From NCBI GenBank assembly GCA_963744145.1, contig CAVUSO010000001.1, positions 5,248,001-5,312,000 of the forward strand: a DNA stretch of 64,000 nucleotides. The letters are read 5' to 3'. Of the stretch, positions 63,449-64,000 are shown piece by piece. Numbering within the stretch: position 1 is the stretch's first letter; each line of letters begins with the position of its first letter. The position numbers were made by a program, and so were the translations under genes. The notes below the pieces were generated by a model that saw only the letters and a program-made list of their open reading frames with translations, searched no databases and had not been told where the DNA came from. This DNA comes from an uncultured cyanobacterium. Lineage in GTDB: Bacteria; Cyanobacteriota; Cyanobacteriia; Cyanobacteriales; CAWUOF01.

Positions 63449-64000
63449 ATGATTCGTTTTTACTTCCATCATACCCCGAACCCCATGAAGGTTGGTTTAT
63501 TCCTAGAAGAATCAGGTTTACCTTACGAGGTTATTTCTGTAGATATTCTTAAGGGTGAACAGCATAATCCAGATTATGAAAAGATTAATCCTAATCGGAA
63601 AGTTCCAGCCATTATAGATGGAGAAAATATAGTTTTTGATTCCAATGCAATTCTGCTTTATTTGGGAGAGAAAACCGGGAAATTTATTGATGCAGATCGG
63701 GCACAGTTGCTTTCATGGCTAATGTTTATTGCGACAGGATTAGGTCCTTATTCTGGACAAGCTGTTCATTTTCAACTTGTTAGTGATCCCATTCCTTATG
63801 CTATTAATCGTTATCGTCGAGAAGTGGAAAGACACTATGGGATTCTCAATGATCGTCTTAGCGATCGCACATTTATTCTAGGAGATAACTATACGATCGT
63901 AGATATGGCAGCTTGGGGATGGATTGATCGTTATCCCCGTGTTTTAGGCGAAAATGCCCTAGATGAGTTTCCCCATTTAAAACGTTGGTATGAAACTGTA
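63449..64000 (+). CDS. Glutathione S-transferase (partial, runs off the window)
   Basis: TPNPMKV..FLEE, INPNRKVPAI, FDSNAIL.YL, YTIVDMAAWGW. Confidence 0.9.
   Translation, partial: MIRFYFHHTPNPMKVGLFLEESGLPYEVISVDILKGEQHNPDYEKINPNRKVPAIIDGENIVFDSNAILLYLGEKTGKFIDADRAQLLSWLMFIATGLGPYSGQAVHFQLVSDPIPYAINRYRREVERHYGILNDRLSDRTFILGDNYTIVDMAAWGWIDRYPRVLGENALDEFPHLKRWYETV

Noticed and set aside
1..64000. Abundant GCGATCGC octamer
   Set aside because: Known cyanobacterial HIP1; used only as a taxonomic clue

Overview
Cyanobacterial chromosomal segment, judged from abundant HIP1 GCGATCGC sites and the presence of chlP, rpaA, glgC, devBCA and xisH/xisI. 1-10.3 kb: a CRISPR array (29 repeats of 36 nt, leader on the left) split inside repeat 20 by an intact ISAs1-family element with a 10-bp target duplication. 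It converges on a compact type III-B-like operon (CARF-HEPN Csm6/Csx1-like, HD-less cas10 with intact GGDD, cmr3, cmr4 with Asn at the usual catalytic Asp position, cmr5). No full cmr1, cmr6, cas6, cas1 or cas2 gene is visible in the window. 10.8-25.7 kb: mostly housekeeping genes, plus a stand-alone DXCF-type GAF protein and a TetR-controlled devBCA-like exporter with frameshifted devA. 25.8-29.1 kb: accessory patch (xisH/xisI, Uma2, decayed vapBC, IS982 remnant) around tRNA-Val(GAC). 29.1-33.8 kb: two tandem paralogs, each fusing a Venus-flytrap (LIVBP-like) binding domain to a complete pentameric ligand-gated ion channel module. 44.7-49.6 kb: five near-identical tandem Uma2 genes with 6/4/3/5/7 copies of a 21-nt repeat, mosaic SNPs and a shared frameshift in two copies. 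The rest is core genes (cysA, chlP, rpaA, gpmI, secG, ugd, lepA), a histidine kinase, a PAS-MCP/CheA/CheW cluster (cheA frameshifted) and a partial GST. All product calls come from motif recognition by eye; no database searches were run.
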